Position numbers and translations under genes: made by a program. This document shows positions 1 to 9,711 of a stretch of 32,766 nt of DNA, piece by piece. Each line of letters begins with the position of its first letter. The first letter of the stretch is position 1. Location: the NCBI GenBank assembly GCA_046081665.1, contig JBJTWJ010000140.1, positions 1 to 32,766 of the forward strand. The letters run 5' to 3'. The stretch is from Alphaproteobacteria bacterium. GTDB taxonomy: Bacteria; Pseudomonadota; Alphaproteobacteria; Rickettsiales; UBA1997. The notes under the pieces are model-generated. The model did no database searches. It worked only from the letters and a program-made list of their open reading frames with translations, and had not been told where the DNA came from.

Positions 1-3
1 GAT

Positions 4-1101
4 TTAAACATTGAATCTAAAATGCATAATGTCACCGTCTTCTACGATATAGTCTTTTCCTTCGACATTCATTTTTCCTGCTTCTTTGCAGGCGGCTTCA
101 GATTTTAGACTGATAAAATCTTTGTATTTGATTACTTCTGCTCTGATAAAACCTTTTTCAAAATCAGTATGAATTACTCCTGCAGATTTTGGAGCGTTAG
201 AGCCTTTTTTTACAGTCCAAGCATGACACTCTTTTGGTCCAACTGTAAAAAATGAAATTAATTCAAGCAAACTAAAAGCTTGGCGAATAATTTGCGATAA
301 TCCAGTTTCTCGCAACCCTACTGCTTGCAGAAATTCATCTTTTTCTTCCTGAGTTTCTAAACCTGCAACTTCTGCTTCAATTTGTGCACAAATCTTTAAA
401 ACTTTAAAATTATTTTTTTTAGCAAATTCATCAACCATCTGTGAATATTTATTGCCCTGCAACTCATCTTCTTTAAGGTTACAAACGAACATTTGAGGCT
501 TAGAAGTAATTAGCTGGAGATTCTTTAAAATCTTTTCTTCATCAGAATTTTTAATTTCGGTCAATCTAGCACTTTGCCCATTTTTTAAGACCTCTAAAAC
601 TCTTTTAGCCATATCGATTTGACTGGCAATTTCCTTTTCTGTTTTTAATTTTTTTTCAAGATTAGGAATTCTTTTTTCAAGACTTTCTAAATCGGCAAGG
701 ATCAACTCTAGCTGAATTAGTTCAATATCGCGAATCGGATCAACATTATTTTCAACATGGGTAATATTTTCATCTTCAAAACATCTTACAACATTAATAA
801 TTGCATCAACTTCGCGAATATGTGATAAAAATTGATTACCAAGACCTTCACCTTTGCTTGCACCTCTTACTAACCCTGCTATATCAACAAATTCAATTTG
901 GTTAGGAATTATTTGTGCTGATCCTGCAATTTTTGCTAGTTTTGATAATCTCTCATCAGGAACATTAACTCTGCCAATGTTAGGTTCAATAGTGCAAAAG
1001 GGATAGTTAGCTGCTTGAGCACTAGCAGTTTGCGTTAAGGCATTAAAAAGTGTAGACTTACCAACATTTGGTAAACCAACAATTCCACACTGAAGAATCA
1101 T
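4..1101 (-). CDS. ychF: Redox-regulated ribosome-binding ATPase YchF (Obg family)
   Basis: GIVGLPNVGKSTLFNALT P-loop, ANYPFCTIEPN, DIAGLVRGASKGEGLGNQFL, C-terminal TGS ending DGDIMHFRFNV. Start moved from the ORF-track TTG (1134) to ATG 1101 (MILQCGIVG). Confidence 0.97.
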   Translation of the reverse strand: MILQCGIVGLPNVGKSTLFNALTQTASAQAANYPFCTIEPNIGRVNVPDERLSKLAKIAGSAQIIPNQIEFVDIAGLVRGASKGEGLGNQFLSHIREVDAIINVVRCFEDENITHVENNVDPIRDIELIQLELILADLESLEKRIPNLEKKLKTEKEIASQIDMAKRVLEVLKNGQSARLTEIKNSDEEKILKNLQLITSKPQMFVCNLKEDELQGNKYSQMVDEFAKKNNFKVLKICAQIEAEVAGLETQEEKDEFLQAVGLRETGLSQIIRQAFSLLELISFFTVGPKECHAWTVKKGSNAPKSAGVIHTDFEKGFIRAEVIKYKDFISLKSEAACKEAGKMNVEGKDYIVEDGDIMHFRFNV

Positions 1102-1299
1102 AATGAAAAAATTGAATGTTAAAAAGATTAGCAAATTTTTTGAAAAAAATTTAATGTAAGTTTTTAAGAATTAATTTGTAAAAAACAGTATCATTAATTT
1201 TTATAATTAAAAAAAAAATAAATTTCTTTTGCTTTAATAAATTTTAATTTTTATAAATTTAAAAAAAATATTTTACTAACTAAAATTTCATTAAAGATT

Positions 1300-2424
1300 A
1301 TGTTTTTACGATTAATTCTAATTTTATCATTATTACTAACAACTGGCTGTTTATTTTCAAAAAAAGTTACTATTAGAGCCAAGAGTAATTTAAAATTAAA
1401 AGAAGTCAATTTTTCTGATTTAAATAGCTGGAAGGATGATGACCACATTGAAGCCTTAAGAGCATTTAGTCATTCATGTCGAAAATTTGCAAAAATGAAT
1501 CAAAACATTATTGTGGCAGGACAGCTGGGAAATATAACAGCAGGAGATTTTCGTGATGTTTGCGAAATTGCTGAAGTTTTAAGAAATCTTGGCTCAAAAC
1601 AAACTAAAAACTTTTTTGAAAACTGGTTTCGTCCATTCACAATCGAAAATAACAATGGCAATTCCCAAGGCGTTCTTACCGGTTATTACGAAGCAACTCT
1701 TAATGGTAGTAAAAACAAAACTGAAAAATATAAATACCCAGTTTACAGCAAGCCAAAAAACCTTACCGCTAATGAAGAATATTTAACTCGAGCTGAGATT
1801 GAAAATGGTGGTTTAAAAAATAAAAAACTAGAGTTACTTTATGTTGATGACAAAGTCGATTTATTCTTTGCACATATTCAAGGCTCGATGAGAGTTAAGA
1901 TGAATGATGGCAGAGAAATAAGGCTTTCTTACGCTGGAAGAAATAATCAACCATTCATTCCAATTGCTAACAATATGCTTGAAAAGAAATTAATATCACG
2001 TTCTAAGGCTAATTCAGCAGGTGTTAGAGAGTGGTTAAAAGAAAATCCTGATCAAGCAGATGAAATTATGAATATCAATAATGCCTATACCTTCTTTAAG
2101 ATTTTTGATGGCGAATATGTTATAGGTGCTCAAAGTGTTCCGCTTACAACTGATCGATCATTAGCTATTGATGATGAGATAATTCCTTATGGATCATTGC
2201 TATGGGTTGAAACCAAACTTAAAAAAAGCAATGGCGATCAAGAAGATTATAACAAATTAATGGTTGCCCAGGATACAGGTTCTGCTATCAATGGAACTGT
2301 TAGAGGCGATATATTCTTTGGCAGTGGGAAAGATGCAGAAGAAAAAGCCTTCTATATGGCAAGCAAGGGTCAATATTTTATCCTATTGCCAATAAATATT
2401 GTTGATAAAATGCTTGCAAATTAA
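1300..2424 (+). CDS. mltA: Membrane-bound lytic murein transglycosylase A (MltA + 3D domain), lipoprotein
   Basis: Lipoprotein signal ending LLTTGC; TGYYE, FFAHIQGS, SLAID...IPYG, catalytic AQDTGSAING..RGDIFFGSG. Confidence 0.93.
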   Translation: MFLRLILILSLLLTTGCLFSKKVTIRAKSNLKLKEVNFSDLNSWKDDDHIEALRAFSHSCRKFAKMNQNIIVAGQLGNITAGDFRDVCEIAEVLRNLGSKQTKNFFENWFRPFTIENNNGNSQGVLTGYYEATLNGSKNKTEKYKYPVYSKPKNLTANEEYLTRAEIENGGLKNKKLELLYVDDKVDLFFAHIQGSMRVKMNDGREIRLSYAGRNNQPFIPIANNMLEKKLISRSKANSAGVREWLKENPDQADEIMNINNAYTFFKIFDGEYVIGAQSVPLTTDRSLAIDDEIIPYGSLLWVETKLKKSNGDQEDYNKLMVAQDTGSAINGTVRGDIFFGSGKDAEEKAFYMASKGQYFILLPINIVDKMLAN

Positions 2425-2461
2425 GCTCAATCATTACAATTGCTTGCAGTAAACTCAATCA
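2411..2461 (+). repeat. Imperfect tandem direct repeat spanning the mltA stop
   Basis: tgcttgca-aattaag-ctcaatca (2411-2433) and tgcttgca-gtaaa-ctcaatca (2441-2461). Confidence 0.5.
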
Positions 2462-2476
2462 ATTTAAAAAATTTCT

Positions 2477-3280
2477 GTGAAAATCTCAGTAATAATTACA
2501 AACTTTAATGGCGAGGTTTTTCTTGATCAGGCTATCAAATCTTTCTTGGATCAAGATTATGAAAACAAAGAACTTATAATTGTTGATGGAATTTCTAAAG
2601 ATAAATCTCATCAGATTATCGAAAAATATGCACAACAAAATCCCTTGCAAATTAAATGGATTAAAGAAGTTGATAGTGGGATATCTAATGCCAGAAATAT
2701 CGCTTTAAAGCATGTTAGCGGAGATTTAATAGGTTTTCTGGGGAGCGATGATATTTTGCATCAAGATTTTTTTAAAAATCTCAGCTATTATTTAAAAGTC
2801 GATGATAAATTTGATGTTGCATATTTTAATAATTATTGCGTTGGTAAAAGTTATTCCTACAATCTTGGCTGTCAACATAGCATTACCTTTCGTAATTTAA
2901 TTAAATATTGCCCTATTGCCAGTGGCGAAGCATTTTACTACAAAAAATCTATATTTGACTATTTTAAATTTAATGAGCATAATCGATATAGCATGGATTA
3001 TGAACTTAATCTTGCAATTAGTAGTTTTAAGTCAGCTTCTAAATCAACATCTAAAAATAAATATTTATTTTTTCCAATTGATCTTGTAGCAGTTATAAAT
3101 CGTGATACAGGATTAAATCAATCAAGTCTTAACTCAAAAAAACAAAGGCTTGAATCAATTGCTGTTCAATTGAAATATGCTGATAATTTTCTTATTAAAA
3201 TTAAAATAATTATACGTAGTTATAAATTATTTATAAAAAATTACCGACAAATATTAAATTATTTAAAAATATTATCTTAA
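2477..3280 (+). CDS. Family 2 glycosyltransferase (WcaE-like)
   Basis: KISVIITNFN, IIVDGISKD, GISNARNIAL, FLGSDD and a later DYE motif; GTG start; 15 nt upstream of gmd. Confidence 0.9.
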   Translation: MKISVIITNFNGEVFLDQAIKSFLDQDYENKELIIVDGISKDKSHQIIEKYAQQNPLQIKWIKEVDSGISNARNIALKHVSGDLIGFLGSDDILHQDFFKNLSYYLKVDDKFDVAYFNNYCVGKSYSYNLGCQHSITFRNLIKYCPIASGEAFYYKKSIFDYFKFNEHNRYSMDYELNLAISSFKSASKSTSKNKYLFFPIDLVAVINRDTGLNQSSLNSKKQRLESIAVQLKYADNFLIKIKIIIRSYKLFIKNYRQILNYLKILS

Positions 3281-3295
3281 ATAAATATCTTTATC

Positions 3296-4285
3296 ATGAA
3301 AAAAGCTTTAATTACTGGAATTACTGGACAAGACGGATCATATCTTACTGAATTTCTTCTAAGTAAGAATTATCAAGTTCATGGAATAATTAGAAGATCA
3401 AGTAGTTTTAACACTGGCCGAATTGATCATTTGTTTAATAATGAAAATGTCATCAATAAAAAACTTTTTTTGCATTATGGCGATCTGTCAGACTCATCTT
3501 CAATTTCTCGATTACTTGAAAAAATTGTTCCTGATGAAATTTATAATCTTGGTGCTCAAAGCCATGTAAAAGTTAGCTTTGACATTCCAGAATACACATC
3601 AGATATAGATGCTACAGGAACTTGCAGAATTCTTGATGCAATTCATGATACCAGAATTAATACCAAATTTTATCAAGCTTCTTCAAGTGAAATGTTTGGC
3701 AAAGTTCAAGCCATTCCACAAAATGAATCTACGCCATTTTATCCGCGTAGTCCGTATGCTTGTGCTAAACTTTATAGCCATTGGCTTACCGTAAATTTTC
3801 GTGAAAGTTACAATATGTTTGCTTGTAGCGGAATTTTATTTAACCATGAATCTCCTCGTCGAGGAATCACCTTTGTTACCAGAAAAATAACTCACACTCT
3901 TGCTGAAATTCTTGCTAAAAAAACTGATAAATTATTCCTAGGTAATCTTGATGCTAAAAGAGATTGGGGATTTGCTGGTGACTACGTCGAAGCGATGTGG
4001 TTAATGCTTCAACAAGATAAACCAGATGATTATGTAATTGCAACTGGCGAAACTTATTCAGTTAAAGATTTTCTTGACGAAGCATTTGGATATGCTGGAT
4101 TAGATTGGAAAAAATATGTTGAAATTAGCGAAAAATATTTTCGTCCTGCTGAAGTTGATCTGCTTATTGGCGATGCTACGAAAGCTAAAGAGAAATTGGG
4201 CTGGAAACCAAAAGTTAATTTCAAAGAATTGGTAAAAATAATGGTTGATGCCGATTGCGAACTTCTTGGTGTTAAAAGAAAATAA
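3296..4285 (+). CDS. gmd: GDP-mannose 4,6-dehydratase
   Basis: [46 protein letters not shown] (YxxxK), [31 protein letters not shown]. Confidence 0.97.
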   Translation: MKKALITGITGQDGSYLTEFLLSKNYQVHGIIRRSSSFNTGRIDHLFNNENVINKKLFLHYGDLSDSSSISRLLEKIVPDEIYNLGAQSHVKVSFDIPEYTSDIDATGTCRILDAIHDTRINTKFYQASSSEMFGKVQAIPQNESTPFYPRSPYACAKLYSHWLTVNFRESYNMFACSGILFNHESPRRGITFVTRKITHTLAEILAKKTDKLFLGNLDAKRDWGFAGDYVEAMWLMLQQDKPDDYVIATGETYSVKDFLDEAFGYAGLDWKKYVEISEKYFRPAEVDLLIGDATKAKEKLGWKPKVNFKELVKIMVDADCELLGVKRK

Positions 4286-4333
4286 CCTTCAATGATTATA
4301 GTTATATTACAAAAATATTTAAGAAAAAATTAA

Positions 4334-4720
4334 TTATTCACTGTAATTCTTGAATCCATAGCAAGGCAGAATTATCTTACTTAAGAGAAATTTCTTTGAA
4401 GAGAACATGTGATTATCAGAATATTTGCTATCATCATTGCAGTATTTTTCTAAACCCTGAAATTCTTCATCTTTTGCAAAAACATAACATTTTTTTTCAG
4501 TTAGATATTTTTTTATTTGGTTAATTTTTTTTTGCTCATATAATTTTTGCACTTCATCAAATGAGGTTTGCGATAAACAGCCAATAACTCCTTGGTCTAA
4601 AATTACTTTAAATGTAGACTCCTCATATTTTTTTAATCCTGAATTTTCTTCGCTAAATAAAATATGGATAATTTGAGTTATGATGAATGACAGAATCATC
4701 ATAATAATAAACTTACTCAT
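4334..4720 (-). CDS. Hypothetical membrane-anchored/exported protein with 4 Cys
   Basis: Likely start ATG 4720 (MSKFIIMMILSFIITQIIHILF, hydrophobic) overlaps the lpxD stop by 8 nt (ATGAGTAA). No family recognised. Confidence 0.7.
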   Translation of the reverse strand: MSKFIIMMILSFIITQIIHILFSEENSGLKKYEESTFKVILDQGVIGCLSQTSFDEVQKLYEQKKINQIKKYLTEKKCYVFAKDEEFQGLEKYCNDDSKYSDNHMFSSKKFLLSKIILPCYGFKNYSE

Positions 4721-5732
4721 GATTTGTTTTTTTGGTTGAAGCAATCAATTGGGCATTAATTCGATGCCATTTTTTAATAGGCAATGCTGGCGATCCTGCA
4801 ACAATTTCTTTAGTTGCAACCTCACGCATTACGCCACTCATTCCTGCAATTTTAGCCATATCACCAATAGCTATATGACCTCCAATGCAACACCCTCCTC
4901 CAATCTGAACATATTTACCAACAATAGTGCTACCAGCAATAGCACTACATCCTGCAATAACCGTTCCCAGACCTATTTTAACATTATGCGCTATTTGACA
5001 AAGATTGTCAATTTTAACCTGATCACTAATTTCAGTATCTTCAATTGCTCCACGATCAATACAAGTATTTGCTCCAATCTCAACATCATTGCCAATTTTT
5101 ATAATACCAAGTTGTAAAATTTTATGATTAACTCCTTTGTCATGAGCAAAACCAAAACCATCTTGCCCTAATCTAACTCCTTGATGAATTATACAATTAT
5201 TTTTAATCTCACAATAACTTATTGAAGCGTTACTATAAATAGTGCAGTTATTACCAATTGAACAGCCATCGATAATCGAGACATTAGGATAAATAATGCA
5301 GTTATCACCAATTTTAACATTTTTTCCAATATAGGCATTATTACTGATACGAGTATTTTTGCCAATTATTGCTGATGGGTGAATATTTTGAGATGAGAAA
5401 TCTGGAATAATCTCTTCATAAAATTCACTGCAAATTTGAGAATAAGCAAAATATGGATTAGAATTGATCAAAGCTATAATATTTTCTGGCAAACGCGAAG
5501 CATACTTCTCTTCAATTATACAAACGCTAGCATGAGTATGTGGCAATTTATCAAGATAGATTGATGAAGATAAAAAAGTAATTTGATTTGGCTTAGCCTG
5601 TTCTAAAACACTAATATCAAATATTTTTAATGAATTATCAACATTTTTTAATACTTTTGAATTAGTTATCTCAATAATTTTAGAAACGGTTAAAAATTCA
5701 TTTCTTTTCTTAAAAAAATTAGATTGAATCAT
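4713..5732 (-). CDS. lpxD: UDP-3-O-(3-hydroxymyristoyl)glucosamine N-acyltransferase
   Basis: N-terminal ITFL...NPYFAY, hexapeptide repeats, GQDGFGF, VEIGANTCIDRG, KIDNLCQIAHNV. Confidence 0.96.
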   Translation of the reverse strand: MIQSNFFKKRNEFLTVSKIIEITNSKVLKNVDNSLKIFDISVLEQAKPNQITFLSSSIYLDKLPHTHASVCIIEEKYASRLPENIIALINSNPYFAYSQICSEFYEEIIPDFSSQNIHPSAIIGKNTRISNNAYIGKNVKIGDNCIIYPNVSIIDGCSIGNNCTIYSNASISYCEIKNNCIIHQGVRLGQDGFGFAHDKGVNHKILQLGIIKIGNDVEIGANTCIDRGAIEDTEISDQVKIDNLCQIAHNVKIGLGTVIAGCSAIAGSTIVGKYVQIGGGCCIGGHIAIGDMAKIAGMSGVMREVATKEIVAGSPALPIKKWHRINAQLIASTKKTNHE

Positions 5733-5738
5733 ATTTTG

Positions 5739-6749
5739 TTAATCTTTCTTTTTGTTGTAATTAGGATCATGCATTGGACGAAAATATACTTCTGAAATAA
5801 ATCTTCTTCCCTTATTGCCTCTTTTTAACTGCACAATAACATCTACAACGTTTCGTATATATGAGACAATTTCGGAAGGTGTCATTCCAAGACCAGCTTG
5901 CATAACCATCATTTTCAATTGTTCAATTGCCATTAATGGAGTATCAGCGTGCAATGTTGAAATTGATCCAGGATGCCCTGTGTTAATCGCTCTTAAAAAA
6001 GAAAATGCTTCAGTTCCCCTTAATTCACCAACAATTATTCGCTCAGGACGAAGACGTAAACATGCTTCAATTAAATCCTGAGTTGTAACTTTTGATCGAC
6101 CTTGTCCACCTTTTGAAGCAATAAGATGAACTCGATTAGGGTGAGATGTCAGATCAATCTCCCGAGCATCTTCAACAGTAATCAAACGCTCTTCATGAGG
6201 AATTGATCGAATTACAGCATTAGTAAATGTTGTTTTACCAGTTGATGTACCACCTGATATGATAATATTTTTTTTATACAAAACTGATCTTTGAAGAAAT
6301 TCTTTGATACGATTCAACTGCAGAAGTTTAGTAAGTATTAAAGAATTTTTATCTTCAATTTCACCTACTGAAGTTGAGTCAAACATTCCCATCTTATCAT
6401 AATCTTCTAGAGTCCATTTTAAAACTGATGGTTTACGAATTGAGATTACAACAGAACCTTGCTCACATGCTGGAGGAAAAACAATTTGAATACGAAAACC
6501 ATTTGGCAAGGTTGCTGAAAGCAATGGTTCTTCTTCACTCAATCTCTGTTCAGTTGCTTGAGCAACTAGTCTTCCCAAGGATTTTAAATGATCAATATCA
6601 AAAGAAGGTAACTCTTCTTTAATCATATCGCCTTTTAATTCAACCCAGACTTCATGAGGTCGATTTATCGAAACTTCGTTAACACCATCGCGATCCAAGA
6701 TCTGTTTTAATGGTAACATAAATGAATCAAGGGCTGCAATGCTACTCAT
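5739..6749 (-). CDS. virB11: P-type type IV secretion ATPase VirB11 (RvhB11-like)
   Basis: Walker A GGTSTGKTT, Asp box VEDAREI, LRLRPERIIVGELRG, His box NTGHPGSISTLHAD. LGRLVAQATEQ...PLLSATLPNGFRIQIVFPPACE matches my recollection of rickettsial RvhB11. Confidence 0.95.
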   Translation of the reverse strand: MSSIAALDSFMLPLKQILDRDGVNEVSINRPHEVWVELKGDMIKEELPSFDIDHLKSLGRLVAQATEQRLSEEEPLLSATLPNGFRIQIVFPPACEQGSVVISIRKPSVLKWTLEDYDKMGMFDSTSVGEIEDKNSLILTKLLQLNRIKEFLQRSVLYKKNIIISGGTSTGKTTFTNAVIRSIPHEERLITVEDAREIDLTSHPNRVHLIASKGGQGRSKVTTQDLIEACLRLRPERIIVGELRGTEAFSFLRAINTGHPGSISTLHADTPLMAIEQLKMMVMQAGLGMTPSEIVSYIRNVVDVIVQLKRGNKGRRFISEVYFRPMHDPNYNKKKD

Positions 6750-6751
6750 GT

Positions 6752-8239
6752 TTAAAAACTATATAAAAATCCGATTAAAAAAATATTACCACCATTGTTT
6801 TTAAATTGCCAAGCTTGATTGTCAAGACTTGTTTGATTAATTAAATTACTAGCAATTGGTTGATTTACTTTAAAATTAAAATTTGTAATTTCAAGATATG
6901 GAATAAGATTTTTTGAATATTTAAAATCTATCCCCAGCGAAGTAGCGTTATAATAATTCTTTTGGAAATTGCTTTTTAGATTGGTTAAACTTGCAAAGAA
7001 TGGACCAAATTGGTAAGACAATCCAAGGGTATAGTAAGATGGATTTTTAAATTTTTTTACGGATATTGAACAATCTTGCGATGATAGCTCAAGATTTTGA
7101 TTATATTGACATGAATATACTCCATTTTTAGCTTGCAATGACTTTAACCAATTGCCATATGATCCTGCAATTTTAAAACCAAAATAACTTACCATTATTC
7201 CCAAATCATAAGCTAACAAATCATTTCTTTCGACACCTAATTTACTTGCAGAATTTTCAATTTGAGCTTTTTCAGCAGTTGAAGAAATTGCTAAGGAAAA
7301 ATTATCAAAATCTTCAGCATAATTTAAACCAATTGCTAAAATATTTTTTAAATGAATGTCATCAACATCGTAAGCGGTATTAGCACTTAAACCATTATAA
7401 TCAGAATCATAAGCATAGCTCAAGCCATATTGAAAACCGTTAATTTTAGGTGAATAATAATTTAACTTTAAAGCATCTTCAATACCTTCGTAACTGTCAT
7501 CCTTAAATGAGCGAAAATTTGAGCGATTATATGCTGAATAAGCAGAATTTGTTGAGTCAAAATTATTATTAACTCCTCGTTGATAAAAACCTTTAGCATA
7601 TCCACCATGACCTATTGGCGATTGGGCAAGAGTAATGAATCTAGGCATTTTTAAATTAAGACATGATCCTGAGCCAAATTGATTGCACAGAGGGCTAGAG
7701 CTATTAGCAGAGCTTGCTAACATTGGCAAATTGACATATTGCAAATATTTTCCATTAATCCCTCCAGATCCTCTAGCAATTCGCGATGGACCAAATTTCA
7801 TTTTTTGATTAACTGCTTGATAATTGCCAAGTTCTAATCTGCCAAAATCACTTTGTGAATATATAAAAGCCTGATCAATATTCGGACTTTCCTTGATTTT
7901 ATTAGTTGAGTAATTAAATTCGCTCTTAATAACAACGCCAATTTTTATATCATTGTTAAATTGATATCCAGATTTAAAATAAATTTGAGTATCGTTATTA
8001 AGACTATATCTATCAATGCGATTTTCAGTGATATTATCGCTTAATAAATTTTTATTATAAAAATTGTTTTGACTAGCGTTTACTGCATTGAAATTAGCAT
8101 AACCGTCAACTAAATAAACGGTTTTTAATTTTTTGAATTTTTGATCTGGTATAAGTTGAGCATAAAGATTTTTATTAGTAAAAAAAACTAATAAAATTAA
8201 GCTTAAAAATTTGGCTTTGACAAAAAAATTTATTTTCAA
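6752..8239 (-). CDS. Outer-membrane porin-like beta-barrel protein (Porin_4-like)
   Basis: Signal peptide (..NLYA/Q), DQAFIYSQSDFGRLELG, KLNYYSPKINGFQYGLSY, amphipathic strands, terminal beta-signal IGFLYSF. TTG start is uncertain. Confidence 0.82.
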   Translation of the reverse strand: MKINFFVKAKFLSLILLVFFTNKNLYAQLIPDQKFKKLKTVYLVDGYANFNAVNASQNNFYNKNLLSDNITENRIDRYSLNNDTQIYFKSGYQFNNDIKIGVVIKSEFNYSTNKIKESPNIDQAFIYSQSDFGRLELGNYQAVNQKMKFGPSRIARGSGGINGKYLQYVNLPMLASSANSSSPLCNQFGSGSCLNLKMPRFITLAQSPIGHGGYAKGFYQRGVNNNFDSTNSAYSAYNRSNFRSFKDDSYEGIEDALKLNYYSPKINGFQYGLSYAYDSDYNGLSANTAYDVDDIHLKNILAIGLNYAEDFDNFSLAISSTAEKAQIENSASKLGVERNDLLAYDLGIMVSYFGFKIAGSYGNWLKSLQAKNGVYSCQYNQNLELSSQDCSISVKKFKNPSYYTLGLSYQFGPFFASLTNLKSNFQKNYYNATSLGIDFKYSKNLIPYLEITNFNFKVNQPIASNLINQTSLDNQAWQFKNNGGNIFLIGFLYSF

Positions 8240-8299
8240 TTATCCTTTAATTTAGTTAATATGATTAACAAAATTTTAATTCAATAATTTTAATTAGAA

Positions 8300-9643
8300 A
8301 TGGTTTATTTACCTCATTGGCCAATTCCAGCAACATTAGGAAAAAAACAAGTTGATCATGAAACAGTATTCGAAAGAATGTCAATCGTCCTTGATAGACT
8401 TAACAATCCTCATCAGCGCATGCCTGCAGTCATTCATGTTGCAGGAACAAATGGCAAAGGTTCAACCTCATCATTAATTGCAAAAATTTTTCAATGCTCT
8501 AATTACAAAGTTCATTTATATACCTCACCGCATCTTCATCATTGCAATGAAAGAATAGTTTTAGATGGTGAAAAAATTTCTGATAATTTTTTGTATGAAA
8601 TTATGGAAGAGACCAGACTAGCTAGCGAAAATATAAACCTAACTTTTATGGAAAGTTTTACAATTGGAGCATATCTTGCTTTTAGTAAAATTTCAGCAGA
8701 TGTTGTTGTTCTTGAATGCGGTATGGGAGGAAGAATTGATGCTACCAACATCGTTGAAAATAAAATCGCAACAGTTATTACACCAATATCCTTTGATCAC
8801 ACCGAATATCTTGGCGATACAATTTCAAAAATTGCTCTTGAAAAAGCAATGATTATAAGGCCAAATGTTCCTCTTATTGTATCCGATCAATGCCATGAAG
8901 CAAAAAATATTTTAAAAATAATTGCCCAAGATCAGAACCTTGAAAGTTATTTTTATGATGAAGATTACACAGTTAGAATGGATCCAGTAACTAAAGAATT
9001 TGATTATTTTTTTGAAGATATTTTTTTTGAAAATCTTGCCCAACCTGCTCTTTGCGGTAACCATCAATACATTAATTTTGCTACTGCCATAACAACTGCC
9101 CTAACTCTTAGAAATTATAAAATAAGCCAAGAAGCAATTCGCAAAGCCATTAAAACTGTTAAATGGCCTAGCAGATTAGAAAAGATTAATAACAATCTAA
9201 ATCAAATTTTTAGCAATCCTGCTTGTGAATTATGGATTGATGGAGCACATAATGAAGGAGGAGCACAATGCCTTGCACATTGGCTTGAAGAACAAGATAA
9301 TTCCTTAGAGAATTTTGTAATTTGTGGATTTAGTAGAGCAAAATGTAAAGAAAATTTTATTAATAAATTTCAAGGCATTGCCAGATTAATTGCCGTAAGA
9401 GTAAATGGTGAACCATATGCTGAAGATCCACAAACTATTTGCAAAATTGCCAAAAAATTTGATGATCAAATTCAGGGTTTTGAGGATCTAATTGAAGCTT
9501 TGAGATATATTGCTCTGCAATCTAAGGATCGAGCAATCAGAATTGTTATATGCGGATCACTTCATCTGGCACGCGATGTTAAAAAATTTTCAAAAATTTA
9601 TAATAAAGATTTTGATATTAAAATTACATTTAGAGATTTTTAA
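8300..9643 (+). CDS. folC: Bifunctional folylpolyglutamate/dihydrofolate synthase
   Basis: VIHVAGTNGKGST, YTSPHL...ERI, LECGMGGRIDATN, ISFDHTEYLG..IALEKA, WPSRLE, IDGAHN, CGSLHL. Confidence 0.96.
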   Translation: MVYLPHWPIPATLGKKQVDHETVFERMSIVLDRLNNPHQRMPAVIHVAGTNGKGSTSSLIAKIFQCSNYKVHLYTSPHLHHCNERIVLDGEKISDNFLYEIMEETRLASENINLTFMESFTIGAYLAFSKISADVVVLECGMGGRIDATNIVENKIATVITPISFDHTEYLGDTISKIALEKAMIIRPNVPLIVSDQCHEAKNILKIIAQDQNLESYFYDEDYTVRMDPVTKEFDYFFEDIFFENLAQPALCGNHQYINFATAITTALTLRNYKISQEAIRKAIKTVKWPSRLEKINNNLNQIFSNPACELWIDGAHNEGGAQCLAHWLEEQDNSLENFVICGFSRAKCKENFINKFQGIARLIAVRVNGEPYAEDPQTICKIAKKFDDQIQGFEDLIEALRYIALQSKDRAIRIVICGSLHLARDVKKFSKIYNKDFDIKITFRDF

Positions 9644-9711
9644 TTTTAATGAGTATTGACAACTAAATAATTGGTACAACAGCTAATCAGCTAAATAAAC
9701 TTTAATAAGCT

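Noticed and set aside
3029-3056. KSASKSTSK micro-duplication in the glycosyltransferase
   Set aside because: Two degenerate 12-nt units only; too short to interpret.
5739-6749. virB11 as evidence of an ICE/plasmid or a Tad/type IV pilus ATPase
   Set aside because: No integrase, relaxase, coupling protein or evident compositional break, the flanks are core genes, and the sequence fits P-type VirB11 rather than TadA, PilB or PilT.
8265-8279. TTAA-N7-TTAA CtrA-like box between the divergent porin and folC genes
   Set aside because: The match is exact, but this spacer is almost all A/T with several TTAA copies, so chance occurrence is likely without conservation data.
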